From contig CABYVI010000004.1 in NCBI GenBank assembly GCA_902522415.1, forward strand, positions 1 through 63,301: DNA of 63,301 nucleotides, written 5' to 3'. Every line of letters begins with the position of its first letter. Positions within the stretch are counted from its first letter, which is position 1. Positions 28,663 to 39,755 of this stretch are shown one piece after another. Both the position numbers and the translations under genes were made by a program. The notes beneath the pieces were generated by a model. The model saw only the letters and a program-made list of their open reading frames with translations. It was not told the DNA's origin and searched no databases. The stretch comes from an uncultured SAR116 cluster alpha proteobacterium. GTDB taxonomy: Bacteria > Pseudomonadota > Alphaproteobacteria > Puniceispirillales > GCA-002684695.

Positions 28663-29559
28663 TTAAACTCGAAAATATAAATCTAAAAAAGCAAAAGCAG
28701 ATATAATTAGACCAAGATCTCGATTGGATTTAAAAAGCTTTAGTGCTTTTATTGGATTATTTAAATCTAAATTTTTAATTTGCCAGATCATATGCAATCC
28801 AGCTCCAAATATACCACTTATCCAAAGAAATGAAAAATTAACATTAATTAACAAAATAAATGATAAAAAATATGTTAAGCTAAGAGCATATTTTGTGTTT
28901 TTATTAAATGTCAAAGAAGTTGAATTAATTCTCAGCTTGATATCATCTTTTTTATCTTGAATTGAATAAATAGTATCATATCCAAATACCCAAGCTATTG
29001 TGCCAAAATAAAGAATTAAAACTGAAAAACTAAAATCTACATTTGTTGCGGACCATCCTAGTGGCACTCCCCATGAAAAGACAATTCCTAGAATAAATTG
29101 GGGGTATCTTGTATATCTTTTTGCTAAGGGATACAAAACAATCAATGGTAGAGAGAGGGTTGCTACCACAAAACTTTTAAAGGGTAAAAATAATAAAATA
29201 ACGCATGAAAATCCAGTTAAAACTGTAAAACCAATTAAAGCTTCTTTGATAGAAATATTTCCACTTGCAATTGGTCTATTCTTTGTTCTTTCTACTTTTG
29301 CATCTAAATCTCTATCCCATATATCATTGATAATACAACCTGCACCTCTCATTATTATTGCACCAATTGTGAAAAGTAGAATTAGTTTCATAGATAATAT
29401 AATTGAATTTGAATATATTAATATTACCCACCATGAAGGCAAAACTAGTAACCACCAGCCTATTGGTCGATCAATTCTAAGAAGAATCAACCAAAATATT
29501 AATTTTTTTGGTAATTTAGAAATAATATTATTTATGGAGATATCTGTATGGTGTTCCAT
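28663..29559 (-). CDS. ubiA: 4-hydroxybenzoate polyprenyltransferase
   Basis: RIDRPIG, NDIWDRDLD..VERT..RP, YDTIYSIQD. Confidence 0.95.
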   Translation of the reverse strand: MEHHTDISINNIISKLPKKLIFWLILLRIDRPIGWWLLVLPSWWVILIYSNSIILSMKLILLFTIGAIIMRGAGCIINDIWDRDLDAKVERTKNRPIASGNISIKEALIGFTVLTGFSCVILLFLPFKSFVVATLSLPLIVLYPLAKRYTRYPQFILGIVFSWGVPLGWSATNVDFSFSVLILYFGTIAWVFGYDTIYSIQDKKDDIKLRINSTSLTFNKNTKYALSLTYFLSFILLINVNFSFLWISGIFGAGLHMIWQIKNLDLNNPIKALKLFKSNRDLGLIISAFAFLDLYFRV

Positions 29560-29634
29560 ATATGAAGATTATAAATTTATTATTTAAATATTAGCTTATA
29601 AGTTACAAAGGAATAATACATAAAAGGGATCAAA

Positions 29635-30369
29635 ATGAAAGTTTACTCTAAATCTATAAGAATATTTTTGGGCATATCATTTGAGAAAAATAATTTATTC
29701 AAAATAACTGATAAGCAGGCTCATTATCTTATAAATGTCATGAGAGTTAAAATAGGCAGTGAGATATTAGTATTTAATGGTTTCGAGGGGGAGTATAGAG
29801 TTGAAATAGTTAACAAAAGTAATAATAAAATTACTTGTCAAGTTAGGGAAAAAGTAAGAGATCAAGATGATGAACCTAAACTTAATTTAATTTTTTCATT
29901 AGTAAAAAAAGATAGAGTTTTCAACATTCTAGAAAAATGTACGGAGTTAGGTGTAACGTGTTTTTACCCTATTTTGACTGAAAGAACTCAAAATTTTAAT
30001 TATAATATTCAAAAATTTGAATCTTATGTTGTTGAGGCCTCTGAACAGACTAGAAGACTTTCAATTCCAAAAATTATGCCTGTTCAAAAAATTAATTCTC
30101 TATTAAACAATTGGAATAAGAATGAAAAAATTTTATTATGTAATGAAAATGATGGGATACCATTAATGAAGATAAGTAACAATAAGAACAATTCAGTTTC
30201 AATATTAATTGGTCCAGAAGGAGGTTTTTCAGAAAAAGAACTAAAAGAGTTTCCTAAATTTGATTTTATTACATCAATTTTTTTGGGTCCAAGAATTTTA
30301 CGCTCAGATACTGCTGCAATAGCAACCATTGCATCCTATCAATCTATTTTTGGTGATTGGAACTTGTGA
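29635..30369 (+). CDS. rsmE: 16S rRNA m3U1498 methyltransferase
   Basis: EKCTELG, EASEQ, IGPEGG, LGPRILRSDTA. Confidence 0.95.
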   Translation: MKVYSKSIRIFLGISFEKNNLFKITDKQAHYLINVMRVKIGSEILVFNGFEGEYRVEIVNKSNNKITCQVREKVRDQDDEPKLNLIFSLVKKDRVFNILEKCTELGVTCFYPILTERTQNFNYNIQKFESYVVEASEQTRRLSIPKIMPVQKINSLLNNWNKNEKILLCNENDGIPLMKISNNKNNSVSILIGPEGGFSEKELKEFPKFDFITSIFLGPRILRSDTAAIATIASYQSIFGDWNL

Positions 30370-31727
30370 TGAAAAAAGATGAAATTATAGATAAAAAGTC
30401 ACAGCTAATAGAATATTTTCGTAATAAAGAGACTCCTAAAAAAGACTGGATGATTGGTACTGAGCACGAAAAATTTATTTTCAATTTGAAAAGTTATGAT
30501 CCAGTTTCTTATCACGGTGAAAGTGGTATAGAAAAATTACTATTAATCTTAAAAGAAAATTCTGGATGGAAGCCAATTTATGAGAAAAGTAACATAATAG
30601 GATTGATAGCCGATGATAAAAGCTCAATTTCACTTGAGCCTGGTGGACAATTTGAACTTTCAGGAGCTGCTCTAAAAAATCTTCATATGACATGTCAAGA
30701 GACTGGTATTCACTTAAAAGAACTTCGTAATGCACTAAGTAAACTAAACTTAGGAATGGCCGGGTTTGGCTTTCATCCATTGAGCTCCAGAAATGACTTT
30801 AAATTTATGCCAAAAGGTAGATATGAAATAATGAAAAGATGGATGCCAAAAGTTGGCTCTATGGGTTTAGATATGATGCTTAGAACCTGTACTATTCAAG
30901 TGAATTTAGATTATTCTAGTGAACTTGATATGGTGAGAAAGTTCAAAACAGCAATTACTTTACAGCCTGTTGTCACCGCTTTATTTGCTAATTCACCTTT
31001 TTATGAGGGGAAACCATCCAATTTTCTAAGTTTTAGAACTGAAGTTTGGAGACATACAGATAAAGCTAGATGTGGAATACCTAGTTGTGTTTTTGAAGAC
31101 AACTTTGGATATGAACAATGGGTTGATTATCTTCTTGATGTGCCAATGTATTTTATTTACAGAAATGAACGTTATTATGATGTTGCTGGAAGTTCATTCA
31201 ATGATTTTATGAATGGAAAGTTGAAAAATGTAGAAGGGTTTAGGCCAACTATTAAAGATTGGGAAGATCATATGAGCGTCGCATTTACGGATGTAAGGTT
31301 AAAAGGTTATCTAGAAATGAGAGGTGCAGATGGTGGTCCATGGGATAGAATTTGTGCTCTTCCTGCAATTTGGGCAGGACTACTTTATGATGAAACTGCA
31401 TTAAAAGCATCAGAAGAAATTGCAAACAAAATTAATTATGAAGAGGTTATTGAATCTACTTACTTGGCAGCAAAAGTTGGTATGCAAGCTAAAATTGGAA
31501 AATTTAAGATTAATGAACTCGCAAGTGAAATTTTGCACATTTCAAAATCAGGTCTTCACAACAGAAATGAATTAAATAGTAGTGATGAAAATGAAACTGG
31601 TTATTTATCACCACTGTTTTCAATGGTAGAAGAAAAAAGAACACTCGCCGATGAAATGTTAGAAAGTTTTCATTCAAGCTGGAATAAACGCGTTGAATTG
31701 GCATTTAAAAATCAAATGATTAATTAA
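30369..31727 (+). CDS. gshA: Glutamate--cysteine ligase (plant/alphaproteobacterial type)
   Basis: IGTEHEKF, SLEPGGQFELSG, MPKGRY, LEMRGADGG. Likely start ATG 30369. Confidence 0.95.
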   Translation: MKKDEIIDKKSQLIEYFRNKETPKKDWMIGTEHEKFIFNLKSYDPVSYHGESGIEKLLLILKENSGWKPIYEKSNIIGLIADDKSSISLEPGGQFELSGAALKNLHMTCQETGIHLKELRNALSKLNLGMAGFGFHPLSSRNDFKFMPKGRYEIMKRWMPKVGSMGLDMMLRTCTIQVNLDYSSELDMVRKFKTAITLQPVVTALFANSPFYEGKPSNFLSFRTEVWRHTDKARCGIPSCVFEDNFGYEQWVDYLLDVPMYFIYRNERYYDVAGSSFNDFMNGKLKNVEGFRPTIKDWEDHMSVAFTDVRLKGYLEMRGADGGPWDRICALPAIWAGLLYDETALKASEEIANKINYEEVIESTYLAAKVGMQAKIGKFKINELASEILHISKSGLHNRNELNSSDENETGYLSPLFSMVEEKRTLADEMLESFHSSWNKRVELAFKNQMIN

Positions 31728-31884
31728 AAACCCCGCAAACTTATAAATTTTGTTTGTGAACACTAGAAACTTAAAAAAATGTCTATAAATTATATATTAT
31801 TAGCTTGTCTAAAGTGGACGACATGGTTATTTTGCAAATAACTATTTAAAGAAAAAAACAATATGAGTATGGAAAAATTTTAGA

Positions 31885-32727
31885 ATGAAAATTGGTAAAT
31901 TAAAATTAATTTTTTTAACTTTTTTAACAAGTATTATATCTTTTTCGGGAATAGCTGTTGGTAACGAGCCATTACCATGGCAAATGGGTTTGCAACCACC
32001 TGCAGGCAGTATTTCTGTAATGGCTAATGATCTACATAATTTATTATTAGTTGTTATAACTGCTATTTCAGTTTTTGTTTTATTTCTTTTAGTTTATGTT
32101 TGTATTAGGTTTAGGGCTGATAAAAACCCAAATCCCTCAAAACGAACACATAACAGTATCTTAGAGGTTTTATGGACAGTTATTCCAGTTTTAATTTTAG
32201 TTGTTATTGCTGTTCCATCATTTAGGTTGCTTTATTATTTAGATAAGCAAATTGAGCCAGACATGACTGTTAAAGTTACCGGTATTCAATGGTATTGGAA
32301 TTATGAATACCCTGACGAAAATATCGCATTTGACAGTTACATGATTAGTGACGAAGATTTGAAGCCGGGTCAGAAAAGATTATTAGATGTTGATAATCCG
32401 CTTATTTTACCTGAAAATTCAAAAGTTAAAGTTCTTATTGCTGGGAATGATGTAATGCACTCATTTTTTGTGCCATCTTTAGCAGTCCAAGAATATTCAG
32501 TTCCAGGTAGACTAAATGAAGTATGGATGGACATTCCTAAAGGTGAAAAAACATATTATGGTCAATGCAATCAAATATGCGGAATTAACCACGCGTATAT
32601 GCCTGTAGTTGTAAAAGTTTTATCAAAAGAAAATTATGATAATTGGCTTAAAAAAGCAAAAGTTGAATTTGCTAATTTAAATTTGTTATCACAAGAGAAT
32701 ATAGTTTTGGCTGAAGTTAAGAATTAA
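31885..32727 (+). CDS. coxB: Cytochrome c oxidase subunit II
   Basis: CuA ligands DVMH...CNQICGINHAYM, QWYWNY. Confidence 0.97.
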   Translation: MKIGKLKLIFLTFLTSIISFSGIAVGNEPLPWQMGLQPPAGSISVMANDLHNLLLVVITAISVFVLFLLVYVCIRFRADKNPNPSKRTHNSILEVLWTVIPVLILVVIAVPSFRLLYYLDKQIEPDMTVKVTGIQWYWNYEYPDENIAFDSYMISDEDLKPGQKRLLDVDNPLILPENSKVKVLIAGNDVMHSFFVPSLAVQEYSVPGRLNEVWMDIPKGEKTYYGQCNQICGINHAYMPVVVKVLSKENYDNWLKKAKVEFANLNLLSQENIVLAEVKN

Positions 32728-32737
32728 GGGAGAATAA

Positions 32738-34336
<1,599 letters not shown>

Positions 34337-34348
34337 TAATTCAAGATT

Positions 34349-35269
34349 ATGAGGACAATCAACCTATCAACACAAAATAATAGTCAGTTCTTTTACACAC
34401 CAAATGTGTTTGATTATTTTGAATTAATGAAACCTAGAGTAATGTCGCTTGTTGTATTTACAACTGTTGTAGGTATTTATCTTGCCCCTCACCAAATTCA
34501 TCCAGTATTAGCTTTATTTTCTATTTTAGCAATCGCTTTGGGTGCTGGTTCTGCAGGTGCAATAAACCAATGGATCGATAGAGAAATTGATGAAGTTATG
34601 CTAAGAACTAAAAATCGACCTATCCCATCAGGAAGAGTTGATCCAGCTGAAGCACTAACATTTTCAATTGTGACTGCAATAATTTCAATAATAATTCTTG
34701 GTCTTTCATCAAATTGGTTTGCTGCGGGTTTGCTTTTTTTTACAATATTTTTTTATTCTGTAGTTTACTCAATTTTTTTAAAGCATAAAACACCTCAGAA
34801 TATTGTAATTGGTGGAGCAGCGGGCTCTCTACCGCCAGTTATAGGTTGGGCTGCAATGACCGGAGATATTACTTTACTACCGATTATTTTATTCATGATT
34901 ATTTTTCTTTGGACACCACCACATTTTTGGGCCTTGGCACTTGTAAAATCTGATGACTATAAAAAAGCTGGTATACCAATGATGCCAAATGTTGTTGGAG
35001 AAAAATTTACAAAAATACAAATTTTAATTTATAGTATTCTCGTCTTTACATGTTCTGTAATGCCATTCTTTTTTGGATTTTCAGGATACTTTTTCATTAT
35101 AAGTGCGTTTATTTTAGGAATAGTTTTTTTATTATTATCATTATTATTAATTATGTTGCCTAAACAAAAACTTGAAATGCTTTTGTTTGGTTACTCAATA
35201 TTTTATTTATTTGGGTTATTTCTTTCTTTTGTTATCGATAGATTGATTACGGGTGGAGTATCTTTGTGA
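34349..35269 (+). CDS. ctaB: Protoheme IX farnesyltransferase
   Basis: KPRVMSL, RTKNRP, NIVIGG, WTPPHFWAL. Confidence 0.96.
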   Translation: MRTINLSTQNNSQFFYTPNVFDYFELMKPRVMSLVVFTTVVGIYLAPHQIHPVLALFSILAIALGAGSAGAINQWIDREIDEVMLRTKNRPIPSGRVDPAEALTFSIVTAIISIIILGLSSNWFAAGLLFFTIFFYSVVYSIFLKHKTPQNIVIGGAAGSLPPVIGWAAMTGDITLLPIILFMIIFLWTPPHFWALALVKSDDYKKAGIPMMPNVVGEKFTKIQILIYSILVFTCSVMPFFFGFSGYFFIISAFILGIVFLLLSLLLIMLPKQKLEMLLFGYSIFYLFGLFLSFVIDRLITGGVSL

Positions 35270-35403
35270 AAAATAGAGTAGTGCCCAAAACTGGTGAACA
35301 ACTTAGGAATATAAAAAGAAGAAGTAATTGGAGTTTTTTAATAATTATTTTATTGATATGCCTAATATTTTATTTAATGACCATATTTAGAATGATGACT
35401 TAG
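35266..35403 (+). CDS. Small membrane protein, CoxF-like, 45 aa (absent from the ORF track)
   Basis: GTG overlapping the ctaB stop (GTGA), SD GGTGGAG upstream; MKNRVVPKTGEQLRNIKRRSNWSFLIIILLICLIFYLMTIFRMMT; TAG abuts the ctaG ATG. Confidence 0.8.
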   Translation: MKNRVVPKTGEQLRNIKRRSNWSFLIIILLICLIFYLMTIFRMMT

Positions 35404-35982
35404 ATGAATACAATTGATAATAATAACACTCTAAAAAAACAGAATAAAAAAGTTCTCATAACTATTTCATTTATAGTTATTGTTATGCTTTCCTTATCTT
35501 ATGCTGCAGTTCCTCTATACGATATTTTCTGTAGAGTCACTGGATTTGGAGGGACAACACAGATTGCTTCATCAGCGCCAGGTAGTCTTGGCAATCCAGA
35601 TATAAATATTAGATTTGAATCAAGTACAACATCATCATTAAATTGGGAGTTCTTCTCAAAATCTAAGGTTGTAAATATTCCAATTGGGCAAGAAAAAACA
35701 ATTTTTTATTTCGCTAAAAATAATGGTAGTGAACCTGTTGTAGGCACAGCAACTTTTAATGTTACTCCTGCTAAGGTAGGTCAATATTTTATGAAGATAG
35801 ATTGTTTTTGTTTTGTTGAACAGTTGCTTAAGCCAGGAGAAAGTATGGACATGCCAGTTACTTTTTTTATTGACCCAGATATATATAAAGACGAAAATGT
35901 TAAAGAAGTTAATGAAATTACACTTTCATATACATTTATGAAATCCATGGATCAGTCTATGGTTAACAGTAGTGAACTTTGA
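35404..35982 (+). CDS. ctaG: Cytochrome c oxidase assembly protein CtaG/Cox11
   Basis: VPLYDIFCRVTG, CFCF copper motif. Confidence 0.96.
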   Translation: MNTIDNNNTLKKQNKKVLITISFIVIVMLSLSYAAVPLYDIFCRVTGFGGTTQIASSAPGSLGNPDINIRFESSTTSSLNWEFFSKSKVVNIPIGQEKTIFYFAKNNGSEPVVGTATFNVTPAKVGQYFMKIDCFCFVEQLLKPGESMDMPVTFFIDPDIYKDENVKEVNEITLSYTFMKSMDQSMVNSSEL

Positions 35983-36002
35983 ATTTGATTTGAGGAGAAA
36001 TT

Positions 36003-36785
36003 ATGAGTAGCAATAACCACTCTTATCACTTAGTTGAACCAAGCCCATGGCCAGCTGTAGGAGCCGCTGCAGGATTTGTTCTTACTTTAGGTGGGGCTAT
36101 GTATATGCATGACTATGCATATGGTGGCATTACTTCATTAGTAGGTTTCGGTTTAGTGCTTCTTACTATGTTTTATTGGTGGAGAGATATTGTTAGGGAG
36201 GGTGAATTTCAAGGTCACCACAGTCCAATTGTTCAAATAGGACTAAGGTATGGAATGATGCTATTTATAGCATCTGAAGTTATGTTTTTTGTTGCTTTCT
36301 TCTGGGCTTTTTTTGCCTCTTCTCTATTCCCTGTAGGAGGTGTTTGGCCACCAGAAGGAATAAGAACATTCGACCCATTTGATTTGCCCTTAATTAATAC
36401 TCTAATTCTATTGTTATCAGGTTGTACAGTTACATGGGCACATCATGCCCTCATAGAGGATGATAGATCAGACTTTTTGCTAGCTTTGCTCATTACTGTT
36501 CTTTTAGGGATGTTCTTTACTTTTCTTCAGGGGCTAGAATATATGCATGCACCATTTGGATTTACAGACGGTATTTATCCTTCTGTTTTCTTTATGGCTA
36601 CGGGTTTTCATGGTTTTCATGTTATAGTTGGAACCATCTTTCTTGCAGTATGTCTCATTAGAGGTTATTTGGGTCATTTTACTAGCACTCAACACTTTGG
36701 GTTTGAAGCAGCCGCTTGGTACTGGCATTTTGTCGATGTAGTTTGGCTCTTCCTTTTTATCTGCATATATATGTGGGGTAGTTAA
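36003..36785 (+). CDS. coxC: Cytochrome c oxidase subunit III
   Basis: [27 protein letters not shown]. Confidence 0.97.
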   Translation: MSSNNHSYHLVEPSPWPAVGAAAGFVLTLGGAMYMHDYAYGGITSLVGFGLVLLTMFYWWRDIVREGEFQGHHSPIVQIGLRYGMMLFIASEVMFFVAFFWAFFASSLFPVGGVWPPEGIRTFDPFDLPLINTLILLLSGCTVTWAHHALIEDDRSDFLLALLITVLLGMFFTFLQGLEYMHAPFGFTDGIYPSVFFMATGFHGFHVIVGTIFLAVCLIRGYLGHFTSTQHFGFEAAAWYWHFVDVVWLFLFICIYMWGS

Positions 36786-36900
36786 TAAAACTTTAAAATT
36801 ATAAAACTTAGTTTGATTATAAACTAAACTTTTATTATCTACTTGGATCCATTGTTTTGAGTTCTTCCTTATAGAAGTTATGTTATTGGAGTGATAAGAA

Positions 36901-37635
36901 TTGAAAATATATTTTAAGCCATCTTTTGGTCTTACTGTATGCACTATACCTTCATTTATAATTTTATTACTGTTAGGTTCTTGGCAGATTCAACGTTTAA
37001 GTTGGAAGTCCGACTTAATATCTAATTATAATATTAATTTTGGGAAAAATCCAATTTCAGTCGAAGAATTATTCCAAAATAATGAAGAAAATAAATATAG
37101 AAGAGTAACCATTAAGGGCAAATATGACCATGAGAATGAAATACAAATTATAGGTAAAACCTATGAAGGTAACGCAGGGTATCATATTGTCACACCTTTT
37201 CTATTAAAAAATGATGATATTCTTTATGTAAACAGAGGTTGGGTACCCAAAAAATATGTAGACAGAGATAAAAGAAAATTTACTCTATTTAAGGGGGATA
37301 CAAATATTATAGGATTAGTAAGGCTACCTCAAAAAAAAGGATACTTTGTTCCTGAAAATGAGCCAGATAATGGTTTTTGGTTTACAATTATTCCAGATGA
37401 ATTTAACTCACATTTAGGTATTTCTGCTAATAGTAATTATTACATAGTTGAATTGAATATTGATGGAAAATTGAAATTACCGATGCCAGCAAATGGTAAA
37501 ATTCAAATACCAAATAATCATCTTCAGTATGCTATAACTTGGTACAGTTTAGCAATTGGACTTTTACTAGTTTATATTGCTTGGCATCACCAAAACGGAT
37601 ATTTTAGGATAAAAAATAGTAGCAATCTAAATTAA
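36901..37635 (+). CDS. SURF1/Shy1 family oxidase assembly protein
   Basis: LGSWQIQR, VNRGWVP, NNHLQYAITW. Confidence 0.93.
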   Translation: MKIYFKPSFGLTVCTIPSFIILLLLGSWQIQRLSWKSDLISNYNINFGKNPISVEELFQNNEENKYRRVTIKGKYDHENEIQIIGKTYEGNAGYHIVTPFLLKNDDILYVNRGWVPKKYVDRDKRKFTLFKGDTNIIGLVRLPQKKGYFVPENEPDNGFWFTIIPDEFNSHLGISANSNYYIVELNIDGKLKLPMPANGKIQIPNNHLQYAITWYSLAIGLLLVYIAWHHQNGYFRIKNSSNLN

Positions 37636-37699
37636 TTTAAAATTTTTTCAATATAGTATACAAATAATTTTAAGAAATCTCACTTATTAAAGGTATTTT

Positions 37700-39112
37700 T
37701 TGATGAAATATTTATCTACAAGAGGTTCTCAAAATAATCTTTCTTATGACCAAGTTTTATTACAAGGACTTGCTAAAGATGGTGGTCTGTTTGTGCCAAG
37801 TTCATGGCCAGAATTTTCCATTAATGAACTAAAAGAAATGTCAAAATTAGATTATGCTGAGATTGCGTGTAGAATAATAAACAAATTTACAAATGAAAAT
37901 GTTAGTTTTGATAAACTAAGTGAAATATGTAGAAAAACATACCAGAATTTTCATGGGCCAGATATAGCACCTTTGAAAGAAATAGGAGATAATAATTATA
38001 TTTTAGAACTCTTTAATGGTCCAACTTGGGCATTTAAAGATTACGCCATGCAATTTCTAGCAAATGATTTTGAAAGGGCACTTGAAGCTAAAAAACAGAG
38101 TTCAATTATACTTGGAGCAACAAGTGGGGACACAGGTTCAGCAGCCCTTCATGCTTTTTCTGGAAAGCAAAATTTAGATATATTTATACTTTTTCCAAAA
38201 GGAAGAGTTTCAGCTATACAGGAAGCGCAAATGACATCCATAATTGAAAATGGTGCGAACGCTGTTCAAATTGATGGAGATTTTGATGATTGTCAGGAAA
38301 TTGTCAAAAGTATATTTAATGATATAAATTTCAGAGATAAAGTTAATCTATCTGCAATTAATTCAATAAATTGGGCAAGAGTAATTCCACAAATAGTTTA
38401 TTATTTTTATTCAGCTTTTAAACTTGGTGCCCCTAATCAAAAAATCTCTTTTTCTGTTCCAACAGGAAACTTTGGAAATATTTATGCTGGATGGTGTGCA
38501 AAAAAAATGGGTTTACCTATTCATCGACTAATATGTGCATCTAATAAAAATAACATTCTTTCTAGATTTTTTGATACAGGTTTCATGACAAGAAAAATTG
38601 TTGAACCCTCTATTAGTCCATCTATGGATATCCAAGTATCTAGTAATTTTGAACGATTACTTTTTGAAATCTACGATCGAGATGCATTTAAAGTAAAAGA
38701 GGATCTTGAAAAGTTTAAATTAGAAGGGGTATACAGTGTTACACAAGAGAAATTGCATGCTCTAAAAAAACTTTTTATTTCTTACTATCTTGACGATGAT
38801 GGCATTTTAGAAGAAATAAAAAGAGTTTATAGTAATACTAAAATTATAATAGATCCTCACACAGCATGCGGAACATCTGCAGCTAAAATAGTGAGGCTAA
38901 AGAATAGAATTGAAAAAGAAATACCAATTATCTCTCTTGCGTGTGCAAATCCATGTAAATTTCCCGATGCAGTCTATAAATCTATTGGAATTAAACCTGC
39001 ATTGCCATTAGAATCAAAAGATTTAATTTCAAGACAAAGACATAGCCTCAGTGCATCAGCTGATTCTCTAGCTATAAAATCTCTTATAGAGGGGGAAAAA
39101 AGATTTAATTAG
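37700..39112 (+). CDS. thrC: Threonine synthase
   Basis: YLSTRG, ELFNGPTWAFKD, ATSGDTG, NSINWAR, VPTGNFG. Confidence 0.96.
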   Translation: MMKYLSTRGSQNNLSYDQVLLQGLAKDGGLFVPSSWPEFSINELKEMSKLDYAEIACRIINKFTNENVSFDKLSEICRKTYQNFHGPDIAPLKEIGDNNYILELFNGPTWAFKDYAMQFLANDFERALEAKKQSSIILGATSGDTGSAALHAFSGKQNLDIFILFPKGRVSAIQEAQMTSIIENGANAVQIDGDFDDCQEIVKSIFNDINFRDKVNLSAINSINWARVIPQIVYYFYSAFKLGAPNQKISFSVPTGNFGNIYAGWCAKKMGLPIHRLICASNKNNILSRFFDTGFMTRKIVEPSISPSMDIQVSSNFERLLFEIYDRDAFKVKEDLEKFKLEGVYSVTQEKLHALKKLFISYYLDDDGILEEIKRVYSNTKIIIDPHTACGTSAAKIVRLKNRIEKEIPIISLACANPCKFPDAVYKSIGIKPALPLESKDLISRQRHSLSASADSLAIKSLIEGEKRFN

Positions 39113-39670
39113 TTAAGCATTACCAAAATTATTTGTTATTTGACTAGGTTTTATTCCTAATTCATCTAAAGAGTCTTCCCAAACAGTATTAAGGTTAGAG
39201 CTAAAGACAATTTCAGGAGTTGCAGGTACAGTAAACCAACTATTCTCCTTTAATTCTAACTCTAACTGACCTGAAAACCAACCTGAATATCCGACAGTTA
39301 TTATCGATGATGTCGGTCCTTTACCAGATGCAATTTCTTTAATGATATCTATACTGCTTGTCATGCCAAAAGATTGGTTTATAATTTTTGTATCTGGTAA
39401 AACATGGTCATTTGAATGAAGAACAAACCCTCGATTGGTATCCATAGGGCCTCCGATCCTAATATTTTTATCTGGATTGGTATTTCTGGTGTTAATAGAC
39501 ATTAGATCACAAAAAATCTTAAAATCTACATTTTGGTTTATTTTATTTAATACGAGACCCATTGCATGATTTTTGTCATGTGAACAAATAAATATTACAG
39601 ATTTAAAAAATCTTTCATCTGTAATAGCTGGAGTAGCTATTAAAAGTTGTCCTTCAAGAAATTGTGACAT
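39113..39670 (-). CDS. YqgE/AlgH family protein
   Basis: LLIATP, GGPM...RGFVLH, GYSGW..GQLE.E. Likely start ATG 39670. Confidence 0.92.
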   Translation of the reverse strand: MSQFLEGQLLIATPAITDERFFKSVIFICSHDKNHAMGLVLNKINQNVDFKIFCDLMSINTRNTNPDKNIRIGGPMDTNRGFVLHSNDHVLPDTKIINQSFGMTSSIDIIKEIASGKGPTSSIITVGYSGWFSGQLELELKENSWFTVPATPEIVFSSNLNTVWEDSLDELGIKPSQITNNFGNA

Positions 39671-39755
39671 ATATAAAACCTTATATATATATCTTATGAA
39701 ACAAAAATAAATATTCAAGAAATTAGATAATTTAATTTTAAATACTCGAAATTTA

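Noticed and set aside
31728-31884. Short inverted repeat (GTTATTT-TGC-AAATAAC) upstream of coxB
   Set aside because: Weak AT-rich stem; no convincing FNR or RegA consensus.
36786-36900. Possible DUF983 remnant or terminator between coxC and surf1
   Set aside because: No credible ORF; only a weak AT hairpin (TTAGTTTG...TAAACTAA).
36534-36944. 136-aa antisense ORF over coxC and the start of surf1
   Set aside because: Shadow ORF opposite conserved genes, with no recognisable motif.
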